From NCBI GenBank assembly GCA_002726945.1, contig PBTB01000080.1:1-37589 (forward strand): a DNA stretch of 37,589 bases, in the 5' to 3' direction. The notes under the pieces were generated by a model. That model was not told where the DNA came from. It ran no database searches and saw only the letters and a list, made by a program, of their open reading frames with translations. This document shows, piece after piece, positions 1 through 7,440 of the stretch. This DNA comes from Deltaproteobacteria bacterium. Its GTDB lineage: Bacteria > SAR324 > NAC60-12. Each line of letters starts with the position of its first letter. Within the stretch, counting starts at the first letter, position 1. A program made the translations under genes and the position numbers.

Positions 1-89
1 TGAACACGGTATCGAACAAATCTTCATCCTGTGAAATTGAAGAAATGTCATTTAATATCAGCAATTTGGGTATTTTTCGGCCAAGCACT
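1..89 (+). repeat. Truncated copy (right arm) of the AT-rich palindromic MITE-like element, cut by the window edge
   Basis: Direct string comparison: window 1-90 equals 37383-37472 except for C versus T at position 22. It ends in the same terminus, TTTTCGGCCAAGCACT. It is visibly AT-rich compared with the interior. Confidence 0.85.
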
Positions 90-121
90 ATATAGTTTTT
101 ACTATAAACATGTTTCCTTTT

Positions 122-155
122 GAGATGGAGGGCTGCTGCGGTGGTCCTCCATCTC
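122..155. repeat. Perfect 10-bp inverted repeat (GAGATGGAGG / CCTCCATCTC) with a 14-nt loop
   Basis: Read directly from the sequence. No U-tract follows on either strand, so it is not a canonical intrinsic terminator. Confidence 0.6.
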
Positions 156-280
156 GCCACAGCGCCTCGCTTAGCATCTGCGCTCAAGCAGTTGCTGGAT
201 ACTGGAGCATGCAGACTCCATGCTCGCTTCCAGGGCTGTCCGCAAAATCAACGATAGACGCATTCTGGCAGCAGCACACA

Positions 281-405
281 CTGGAGTGATTGAGTGAAAG
301 TCTCACGTTTACTGGCCCCCCTTTGTACCCACTCCCCACGAGTTGCTTGCAACGTGAGTGAAAAATTGTAGTAATGTCGAATTACATTTGAGACTCTGAC
401 TCCAG
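281..405 (+). promoter_or_regulatory. Candidate structured 5' leader upstream of the ABC transporter operon
   Basis: Long-range complementary blocks: CTGGAGT (281-287) with ACTCCAG (399-405), and AGTCTCA (299-305) with TGAGACT (389-395). They enclose two local hairpins, at about 337-358 and at 371-385 (GTAAT/ATTAC). The segment ends 22 nt before the ATG at 428. Confidence 0.25.
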
Positions 406-427
406 CATTTGTCACTGACCCAAAACG

Positions 428-1369
428 ATGATTCATGTCCAGAAGCTGAGCAAGCGATTTGGTGCCATTCAGGCCGTCCATGAAGTTTCCTTCAGCGTCG
501 AGCGCGGGGAGGTGCTGGGCTTTCTGGGACCAAACGGTGCCGGAAAATCCACCACCATGAAGATGCTCACGGGCTTCCTCACTCCCACCTCCGGGGACGC
601 GACCGTGTGCGGACACAGCATCCTCAACGAACCACTGCTGGCACAGGTCAACATCGGCTACCTGCCGGAGAGTGCCCCTTCGTACAGCGAGATGCTCGTT
701 GAGGAATTCTTGGAGTTCATCGGCGAAGTCCGGGGATTTTCCGGCAAGGATTTGGCGAAACGTGTGGAATACGTCCTCGCCACGACCGGACTCACGGAAG
801 TCCGGACGCAACTCATAGACACGCTCTCCAAGGGTTATCGTCAGCGCACCTGCCTCGCCCAGGCGTTGCTGCACGATCCACCGGTTTTGGTTTTGGATGA
901 ACCGACGGATGGCCTTGACCCCAACCAGAAACACGAGGTACGCAACCTCATCAAGCAGATAAGCGCTGAGCGTACCATTCTTGTGTCCACCCACATCCTT
1001 GAGGAGGTGGAGGCGGTTTGCACCCGGGCGTTGATTATTGCCTCCGGAAAGCTGGTGGGCTACGGCACACCGGATGAGTTGCTGGAGAAATCAGAGTACC
1101 ACAATGCTGTGACCCTCAGCGTCCGCGATGCCAATCCGGATCAAATGCAGGAGGAGTTGGAGCGGCTGGACACCGTGTCCCGCGTCGAGCAGACTCTGGA
1201 ATCCGTCTCTGGACTTGCGAGTGTGCGGGTCTTTCCGCAGTCCGGACGCACAATCACCTCGGAGGTGCAGGAATACGTCTCTTCTCGCAAGCTCGTGCCA
1301 GAGCAGTTTTATGTGGAGCGTGGACGGTTGGACGAGGTGTTCCGCAAGCTAACCCAAGCTGTCGCCTGA
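428..1369 (+). CDS. ABC transporter ATP-binding protein (ABC-2/GldA-like)
   Basis: Walker A GPNGAGKST, ABC signature LSKGYRQR and Walker B VLVLDEPTDGLD. It is followed by an ABC-2 permease and a GldG-like gene. Confidence 0.95.
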   Translation: MIHVQKLSKRFGAIQAVHEVSFSVERGEVLGFLGPNGAGKSTTMKMLTGFLTPTSGDATVCGHSILNEPLLAQVNIGYLPESAPSYSEMLVEEFLEFIGEVRGFSGKDLAKRVEYVLATTGLTEVRTQLIDTLSKGYRQRTCLAQALLHDPPVLVLDEPTDGLDPNQKHEVRNLIKQISAERTILVSTHILEEVEAVCTRALIIASGKLVGYGTPDELLEKSEYHNAVTLSVRDANPDQMQEELERLDTVSRVEQTLESVSGLASVRVFPQSGRTITSEVQEYVSSRKLVPEQFYVERGRLDEVFRKLTQAVA

Positions 1370-1399
1370 TTCCAAATTCTTGAAAAGCCAATCATCCGA

Positions 1400-1502
1400 C
1401 GCTCTGACTGAGCAGATTTTCTAAGATGTCTGGCTTTGCAGAACCAATTGAGCATAGCGAGGAGAACAAATTCAGCCTTTTCCACAGTGCTCAGTAAGAG
1501 CG
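1400..1502. repeat. 103-bp segment bounded by 15-bp inverted repeats, inside the ATPase-permease spacer
   Basis: CGCTCTGACTGAGCA (1400-1414) matches the reverse complement of TGCTCAGTAAGAGCG (1488-1502) at 14 of 15 positions. The surrounding 226-bp spacer has lower GC than the flanking genes. Confidence 0.5.
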
Positions 1503-1595
1503 TAAGCCGAAATCCTGACACGGTGATGCCTCCGTTCACAAACAGCAAAACCGTCTGCAAAAAACCAATAACCGACAACGGATCTCCGAAAACCC

Positions 1596-2330
1596 ATGAA
1601 CGGTCTCTCAGCAATTCTCAAGCGCGAGCTGCTGGCGTACTTTCGCTCGCCTGTCGCGTATGTGTTCATCATCATCTTCCTCATCGCCAACGCTGGTTGC
1701 ACCTTCCTGCTTGGAAACTTCTACGACTCCCAGCAGGCAAATCTGGAATTGTTCTTCCTCTTCCACCCGTGGCTTTACCTCTTCCTGATTCCGGCAGTGG
1801 GCATGCGTCTCTGGTCGGAAGAGTGCCGCTCCGGAACTGTGGAACTGCTACTGACCTTGCCGGTGCGGCTGACCACAGCGGTGCTGGCGAAGTTCCTTGC
1901 GGCTTGGGCGTTCATTGCACTCGCGCTAGCGCTCACGTTTCCGATGATCCTCACCGTTCACTACTTGGGTCAGCCGGACAACGGGCCCATTATCGCAGGT
2001 TACCTGGGTAGTCTGCTGATGGCTGGAGCTTACCTCGCGGTGGCTAGTTGCACCTCGGCCCTCACAAAGAATCAGGTGATCAGCTTCATCCTCAGTGTCA
2101 TTGTCTGCCTTGTTTTGGTACTGCTCGGCTGGGGGGTGATGTCCGAGGTGCTCAACACGATTCTTCCCGTTTGGCTCACAGACCTGATCGCGCAGTTCAG
2201 CTTTACCACCCACTTTGAAGCCCTGCGGCGAGGCGTGATCGACCTGCGGGATTTAGTGTACTTCCTCTCCGTCATCAGCTTCATGCTGCTCGTCAACGTG
2301 GTCGTGCTTGAATCCCGCAAAGCCTCCTGA
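1596..2330 (+). CDS. ABC-2 type transporter permease (GldF-like)
   Basis: 244-aa polytopic hydrophobic protein with the N-terminus MNGLSAILKRELLAYFRSPVAYVF typical of ABC-2 permeases. It sits between the ATPase and GldG-like genes. Confidence 0.9.
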   Translation: MNGLSAILKRELLAYFRSPVAYVFIIIFLIANAGCTFLLGNFYDSQQANLELFFLFHPWLYLFLIPAVGMRLWSEECRSGTVELLLTLPVRLTTAVLAKFLAAWAFIALALALTFPMILTVHYLGQPDNGPIIAGYLGSLLMAGAYLAVASCTSALTKNQVISFILSVIVCLVLVLLGWGVMSEVLNTILPVWLTDLIAQFSFTTHFEALRRGVIDLRDLVYFLSVISFMLLVNVVVLESRKAS

Positions 2331-2377
2331 CCGGAAACAGTGATCGGTGATCAGCAACCGACAACCGACAACCAGCA

Positions 2378-4261
2378 ATGACTTCTGGACACTGGTCCAA
2401 AACCGGCCTCACCCTCATCCTGCTCTTGGTCTGCCTGATCGCGGTCAACGTGATCGCCTTTTTCCTCCCGGTGCGGCTTGATGTCACCGAGGATCGGCTC
2501 TACACCATTGCCGAGGGGACCCACTCAGTGCTGGATGGCTTGCAAGACCCTGTGCGCATCAAGTTCTACTTCTCCCGGAGCAGTACGGAACTGCCCCCGA
2601 ACCTCAAGACCTACGCCCAGCGTGTGCAGGAATTGCTGGAGGAGATCGAGGTGATTTCCGGCGGCAGCGTGACTTTGGAAGTGTTTGACCCCAAGCCGGA
2701 TTCAGACGAGGAAGACTGGGCACAGAAGTACGGCATCAGTCCCGTCACCCTGCCTAGTGGCACTCTGGTGTATTTCGGGGCCGTGGTCATGGTGCTGGAT
2801 CAGGAGGTGGCCTTGCCCTTCTTCGATCAACGTCGGGAGCGTTTCCTCGAATACGACCTCACGCTGGCAATCCACAAGGCTGCACTGACACAGGCCGAAA
2901 AGATCGGCATCCTCTCCTCCCTCAACTTGCAGGGTGGACCACCGATCATGCAAGGGCAGCCCTCAGAGAAATGGGCGTTCCTCACCGAGTTGGAAAAGAT
3001 CGTCAACATCGAAATGCTGGATGTGGGAGCCGAGGAAATTCCGGAAGACATCAGCTTGCTGCTCGTGATGCACCCCAAGGACTTTGCCGACCGCACCCGT
3101 TACGCGCTGGATCAGTATGTTTTGCACGGGGGTCGCATCATCCTGCTGCTGGACTCGAATTCCCGTGCGGATGCGATGAGTCCGATGAACCGCATGGGGC
3201 GACAGCCCCTCCTGCAAAGCCGCCTGCCCGGGTTGCTGGAAGCGTGGGGTATCGCCTACGAACCGGAAAAGGTGGTCGGCGATTTCCAGTATGCCACACA
3301 GGTCAACACGCAAGCGGGGGTGTTGCGCTACCCGATTTGGCTTTCGATCCCAAGTGCTGCGTTGGTGCAGGATCATCCACTCACCACGCAGCTCGAAAGC
3401 TTGCTGTTCGTCGAGGGCGGCAGTGTGGCAAAGGCCGAGGGCAGCAGCGTGGAAGTCACGCCCCTGCTGACCACAACCAAGCACAGCGGTACGCTCGACG
3501 CCATGTCCCTGAGTATCATGCCGCCCCAGCAGTTGATTCGCAACCTCAAGCCAGACCAGCAGAAGCGCATGCTGATGGCGCTCTTCTCGGACACCTTCAA
3601 AACCGCGTTTCCGAAAGGGCGGCCGCCTCAAGAGTCAACGGAAGGCGAGGACACGACTCCGGACACGCCGATGAAGCGCGAACACCTTGCTGAAGCCAAG
3701 GAGCGCAACTCCATCCTCGTGATCACGGATACCGATTTCCTGACAGATTCGTTCTCGGTGCAGAAGATGAACTTTCTTGGAAAAACCATCATCCAGCCCA
3801 CCAACGACAACCTCAACCTCATGCTCAACGCGGTCGAGTACCTCTCCGGAAGCGAGGCGCTGATGAGCATTCGCTCGCGGGGGCAGTTCAACCGCCCCTT
3901 CACCCGCCTGCTGGCGATGCAGCATGACGCCCAAATCAAGTATCAGGCTGAGGAGCAACTGCTGCTCGCCAAGCTGGAGGAGGTGCAGAAGCGACTCAAC
4001 AACCTTCAGCAACGCATCGACAGGTCCGGACGCAAGGAGGTGATTCTGCCTCCGGAGGTGCAGGAGGAGATCCGCCAGTTCCGGGACGAGGAACGCCAGA
4101 CCCGACGCAAGCTCCGCGAGGTGCGCAAGATTCTGCGGCAGGACATCGAATCGCTGGGCAACACCCTGTTTGTCCTCAACCTTGTGGCGATTCCGTTTCT
4201 GGTCGGCGTGTTCGGCATCATCTCTTACCAGCGGCGTATTTCCGGACGACACCGCGCCTGA
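2378..4261 (+). CDS. GldG-like ABC transporter auxiliary protein
   Basis: 627 aa with an N-terminal TM helix, a large extracytoplasmic domain, a C-terminal coiled coil and a terminal TM helix. Its position after the ABC-2 ATPase and permease matches the gldAFG-type arrangement. Confidence 0.8.
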   Translation: MTSGHWSKTGLTLILLLVCLIAVNVIAFFLPVRLDVTEDRLYTIAEGTHSVLDGLQDPVRIKFYFSRSSTELPPNLKTYAQRVQELLEEIEVISGGSVTLEVFDPKPDSDEEDWAQKYGISPVTLPSGTLVYFGAVVMVLDQEVALPFFDQRRERFLEYDLTLAIHKAALTQAEKIGILSSLNLQGGPPIMQGQPSEKWAFLTELEKIVNIEMLDVGAEEIPEDISLLLVMHPKDFADRTRYALDQYVLHGGRIILLLDSNSRADAMSPMNRMGRQPLLQSRLPGLLEAWGIAYEPEKVVGDFQYATQVNTQAGVLRYPIWLSIPSAALVQDHPLTTQLESLLFVEGGSVAKAEGSSVEVTPLLTTTKHSGTLDAMSLSIMPPQQLIRNLKPDQQKRMLMALFSDTFKTAFPKGRPPQESTEGEDTTPDTPMKREHLAEAKERNSILVITDTDFLTDSFSVQKMNFLGKTIIQPTNDNLNLMLNAVEYLSGSEALMSIRSRGQFNRPFTRLLAMQHDAQIKYQAEEQLLLAKLEEVQKRLNNLQQRIDRSGRKEVILPPEVQEEIRQFRDEERQTRRKLREVRKILRQDIESLGNTLFVLNLVAIPFLVGVFGIISYQRRISGRHRA

Positions 4262-4404
4262 GCCACAGAGCGAATGTTCGTTTCAATGTTGACTTTTTGG
4301 AATGCATCTTAAATAGCAAGTAGAGTGCCATCCTCGGCAAGCTCCTTGCACAAGGTGCAGGATATCGCCGAGAGGCCCTTGAAGTCACCCCAATCCGCGT
4401 CCCC

Positions 4405-6081
4405 ATGGCTATGCACATGAAGTTGCAGATGAAGCTGTCCCAGCAGCTCATCATGACCCCGCAACTTCAACAGGCGATCAAACTGCTCCAACTTTCCCGC
4501 ACCGAACTGGAGGAACTGATCGATCAAACCCTCCAGGAGAATCCAGTCCTGGAGGAAGGCATGGACATCGACACCTATCCCTCCGAAGAAGACAATGCCC
4601 AAGACTCCACCGACGCTCCGGAAACCACGACGAACACTGAAGCCTTTGAAACGGCCCGCGAGGAGAAGAAGGAAGCGAAAGATCAGGACGAAATCGACTG
4701 GCAACAGTATGTCGAGCAAATCGACCAGTTCGGAGGCTACTCCTACCGCAGCAGTGCCGGAGGAGGCGATGACGAGCTGCCGTCGCTGGAAGCCACGCTC
4801 GCCCAGAGTGAATCGCTCGCAGACAACTTGCGCCGGCAGCTGGATTTTGAAACGCTGGACGAATTGGAGTACGAGGTCGGGGCCCATCTGATTGGCAACA
4901 TTGAGGACGACGGTTATCTGGTCACGGCCATCCGGGAGCTTCTGCAAGCGCAACCGGACCTCCACGAGCGTATCATGCAGCGCTGGGGGATGACCCCATG
5001 GGAGCTCGAAGTTGCTCCCGAACGCTTTGACTGGAAATACCTGCCAGAACGGACGACGCAGGTGCGACGCAGCCGCACGCTCGAACCACCCGTGTTTGAA
5101 GAAGAAAACGATCCTGAAGAAACGGAAACGGAAGTGCTGGAGGTGCGGCACGAGGTCGGCTGCTTTGTGGAGCATGTGCTGGAGTGTATCCAGACTTTCG
5201 ACCCCCGCGGCGTTGGTGCGCGCAGCTTGCAGGAATGTCTGCTCATCCAGCTTCGCCACTCCGAACAGGAGGACAGCCTCAGCTACCAGATCATCGAAGA
5301 CGACATGGACCTCCTGGAGTCCAAGGACCTGCGCCGCATCGCCCGTCGTCAGAAGCAGGAGCTTGATGACGTGATCGAGGCGTACAAGCTCATCATGTCC
5401 CTCGAACCCAAGCCCGGACGCTCCTTTGTCCCCACTTCCGCGCACAACTACATCATCCCGGACGTGTACATCTACCAGAATGCCGGGGAGTACAAGGTTG
5501 CCCTCAACGCCAACGGCATCCCGCGTCTTCGGATCAACCAGTACTACCGGGAGTTGTGCGACACGATGGCCGAAGACGGCCAGCTCACCAAGGAGTACAT
5601 TCAGGAGAAGATCAAGGCGGGGCAGTGGCTGATGAAGAGCATCGAACAGCGCCAGAAGACGATCTACCGTGTCACCAAGAGCATCCTCCGGTTTCAGGAG
5701 GAGTTCTTCGACCGGGGCATCCACTTCCTCAGGCCGCTTGTCCTCAAGGACGTGGCCGAGGACATCGACGTGCACGAGTCCACGGTCAGCCGCATCACCA
5801 CCAACAAGTACGTCCACACCCCGCAGGGTATCTTCGAACTCAAGTACTTCTTCACCAGCGGCATCGAACAAGGCAGCGGCGAGGCGGTTTCATCCAAGCG
5901 CATCAAGGACATGATCCAGCAGTTGGTGCAGGGCGAGGACGTGAAAACACCCTTCACCGACCTCCAGATTGCCGAAATCCTCTACCATCGCAGCAGCATC
6001 AAGGTTGCGCGGCGTACCGTTGCAAAGTATCGTGAAGCGTTAAATATCCTGCCATCCAACAAGCGCAAGCAGTTGTTCTGA
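4405..6081 (+). CDS. rpoN: RNA polymerase sigma-54 factor
   Basis: Region I is LSQQLIMTPQLQQAIKLLQLSRTELEELI, followed by an acidic region II. The C-terminal RpoN box ARRTVAKYRE and the HTH region are present. ATGs at 4411 and 4417 are alternative starts. Confidence 0.95.
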   Translation: MAMHMKLQMKLSQQLIMTPQLQQAIKLLQLSRTELEELIDQTLQENPVLEEGMDIDTYPSEEDNAQDSTDAPETTTNTEAFETAREEKKEAKDQDEIDWQQYVEQIDQFGGYSYRSSAGGGDDELPSLEATLAQSESLADNLRRQLDFETLDELEYEVGAHLIGNIEDDGYLVTAIRELLQAQPDLHERIMQRWGMTPWELEVAPERFDWKYLPERTTQVRRSRTLEPPVFEEENDPEETETEVLEVRHEVGCFVEHVLECIQTFDPRGVGARSLQECLLIQLRHSEQEDSLSYQIIEDDMDLLESKDLRRIARRQKQELDDVIEAYKLIMSLEPKPGRSFVPTSAHNYIIPDVYIYQNAGEYKVALNANGIPRLRINQYYRELCDTMAEDGQLTKEYIQEKIKAGQWLMKSIEQRQKTIYRVTKSILRFQEEFFDRGIHFLRPLVLKDVAEDIDVHESTVSRITTNKYVHTPQGIFELKYFFTSGIEQGSGEAVSSKRIKDMIQQLVQGEDVKTPFTDLQIAEILYHRSSIKVARRTVAKYREALNILPSNKRKQLF

Positions 6082-6113
6082 ATCCTCTTCCACTCTTCAC
6101 CATAGTAAACAAC

Positions 6114-6830
6114 ATGGGCATCGTCGGTCGATTCATCAACGTTCTCCGAGCTTACAGCAGTTCCTTTCTGGACAAAGCGGAGGATCCTGAAAAAATGCTC
6201 CAGCAGATGATCACGGATCTGGATGAGCAAAAGCGTCAGGCCAAGCAGCAAATGACCGAAGCACTTGCGCTGCAAAAACGTCTGGAGCGTGATACCGAGA
6301 AGGAACAAGCCGAAGCCGGGAAGTGGGAGCAGAAGGCCATCCTCGCCGTGCAAAACGGTAAGGACGACCTCGCCAAAGAAGCCCTAGTCCGCAAGAAGGA
6401 GTTCGAACGGCGGGCGCTGGAGTTCGAGAAGCAGTTGGCCCACCACAAGCAGAACGCGGATGTACTGCGCGACGGCTACCAGAAGCTCGAGGACAAGATC
6501 GACGAGATCAAGCGCAAGAAGGGACTCCTGCTCGCCAAGCAGAAGCAGGCGGCGGCGCAAGAGCAGATTTACCAGACGATTGAAGGCTTTGGAAACTCGA
6601 CGGGGGCACTGGAGACCATCGAACGCATGGAGGACAAGATTGAGGATCAGCAGTCCCGCGCCGAGGCGTATCAGGAAATCAGCATGGACACGGACAAGGA
6701 AGCACTGGAGCGCAAGTTTGCTGAACTCGAAAGCTCCGATCCGGATTTGGACACCGAACTGCTGGAACTGAAAAAACGGGCGGCCTTGCCCAGCCCAGAG
6801 GGGAATTCCGGAGGCGAGGGAAAGAAATAG
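6114..6830 (+). CDS. pspA: PspA/IM30 family protein (phage shock protein A-like)
   Basis: N-terminus MGIVGRFINVLRAYSSSFLDKAEDPEKMLQQMITDL followed by a long coiled-coil composition typical of PspA/Vipp1. Confidence 0.85.
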   Translation: MGIVGRFINVLRAYSSSFLDKAEDPEKMLQQMITDLDEQKRQAKQQMTEALALQKRLERDTEKEQAEAGKWEQKAILAVQNGKDDLAKEALVRKKEFERRALEFEKQLAHHKQNADVLRDGYQKLEDKIDEIKRKKGLLLAKQKQAAAQEQIYQTIEGFGNSTGALETIERMEDKIEDQQSRAEAYQEISMDTDKEALERKFAELESSDPDLDTELLELKKRAALPSPEGNSGGEGKK

Positions 6831-6903
6831 GTTGAGTTTTTGTGGGCAGTGGTTTAGAGTTGAAGTTTTTTGTTTTAACCTCAGACCCGGAATCACGAAT
6901 CAC

Positions 6904-7122
6904 ATGCCCATTACGATTGAAGTCCGAGACAGCAACATCGGCAAGTCCATGATGCAACTCAAGCGCACCCTCATCCGCGAAGGCATCTTCAAGGAACTCA
7001 AGAAGCGCAAGTTCTACCTGAAACCCTCGCGCGCCAAGCGCCTCAAGCGGGAGAACGCCGCCAAGCAACGCAACAAGGACATCAAGCGTGAAGTGCGAGC
7101 GGCCATCAAAGCCGACTTCTGA
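6904..7122 (+). CDS. rpsU: 30S ribosomal protein S21
   Basis: MPITIEVRDSNIGKSMMQLKRTLIREGIFKELKKRKFYLKPSRAKRLKRENAAKQR is a classic basic S21 sequence. I moved the start to the ATG at 6904 inside the longer track ORF (6832). Confidence 0.9.
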   Translation: MPITIEVRDSNIGKSMMQLKRTLIREGIFKELKKRKFYLKPSRAKRLKRENAAKQRNKDIKREVRAAIKADF

Positions 7123-7151
7123 AGCACTCCCGTCCATTCGACAGTTCTCCG

Positions 7152-7373
7152 TCAGGCGTTACGAATCAACGCCTGCACCTCCCCCTCCTGCGGGAAGCGC
7201 TCCAGTTGTCTCTTTGAGAAAATCACGCGTCCATCCACGGTCACGTCAAAATCTCCACGCCCTCCGGGGATGAGTTCGGTGTCTGCCCCGAACGCTTGGT
7301 TGAGTTCCACAGCCAGACCGGCTGCGCGCGGCTCGTAGTTTCAAACCACACAGTATTCAATCTTCACCTGCAT
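7152..7373 (-). CDS. SelW/Rdx-family small redox protein with in-frame TGA (predicted selenocysteine, CxxU motif)
   Basis: Manual translation gives MQVKIEYCVV-U-NYEPRAAGLAVELNQAFGADTELIPGGRGDFDVTVDGRVIFSKRQLERFPQEGEVQALIRNA (73 aa). The TGA lies at 7341-7343. AGGAG sits 7 nt upstream of the ATG. IEYCxxU...ELIPG...F.V.VDG..IFSK...RFP is the Rdx/SelW-like signature. The gene is absent from the ORF track because of the TGA. Confidence 0.75.
7302..7334 (-). promoter_or_regulatory. SECIS-like hairpin downstream of the in-frame UGA
   Basis: The mRNA reads UGA AAC UAC GAG CCG CGC GCA GCC GGU CUG GCU GUG GAA CUC. The upper stem is CAGCC/GGCUG (extendable by G.U and C-G) with apical loop GGUCU, resembling the GGUCU(G) apical region of E. 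coli fdhF SECIS. The lower stem is GAG/CUC. The loop lies about 20 nt after the UGA. Confidence 0.55.
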
Positions 7374-7440
7374 TGCACACTCCTGTTTTGGGTTGGTGAT
7401 GAGACTCCGGAGACCAGCCTAAATGGAACGCCTTCCAGAA

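Noticed and set aside
122-155. The 10-bp perfect hairpin as an intrinsic terminator of an upstream gene
   Set aside because: No U-tract follows the stem on either strand. I kept it only as an inverted repeat within the structured-leader observation.
110-286. 58-codon Cys-containing ORF (MFPFEMEGCCGGPPSRH...) that could be read as a small peptide or RiPP precursor
   Set aside because: There is no ribosome-binding site, no adjacent modifying enzymes and no GC3 codon bias. The frame runs straight through strong hairpins, so the region more plausibly functions as RNA or DNA structure.
248-994. 248-aa minus-strand ORF overlapping the ABC ATPase gene and its leader
   Set aside because: It is antisense to a gene with complete Walker A, signature and Walker B motifs, and it has no motifs of its own.
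4309-5871. 520-aa ORF antisense to rpoN
   Set aside because: This is a shadow ORF typical of GC3-rich genes. Its sequence is low-complexity and rich in L/V/G/D/R, has no recognisable motif, and is fully covered by an unmistakable sigma-54 gene on the opposite strand.
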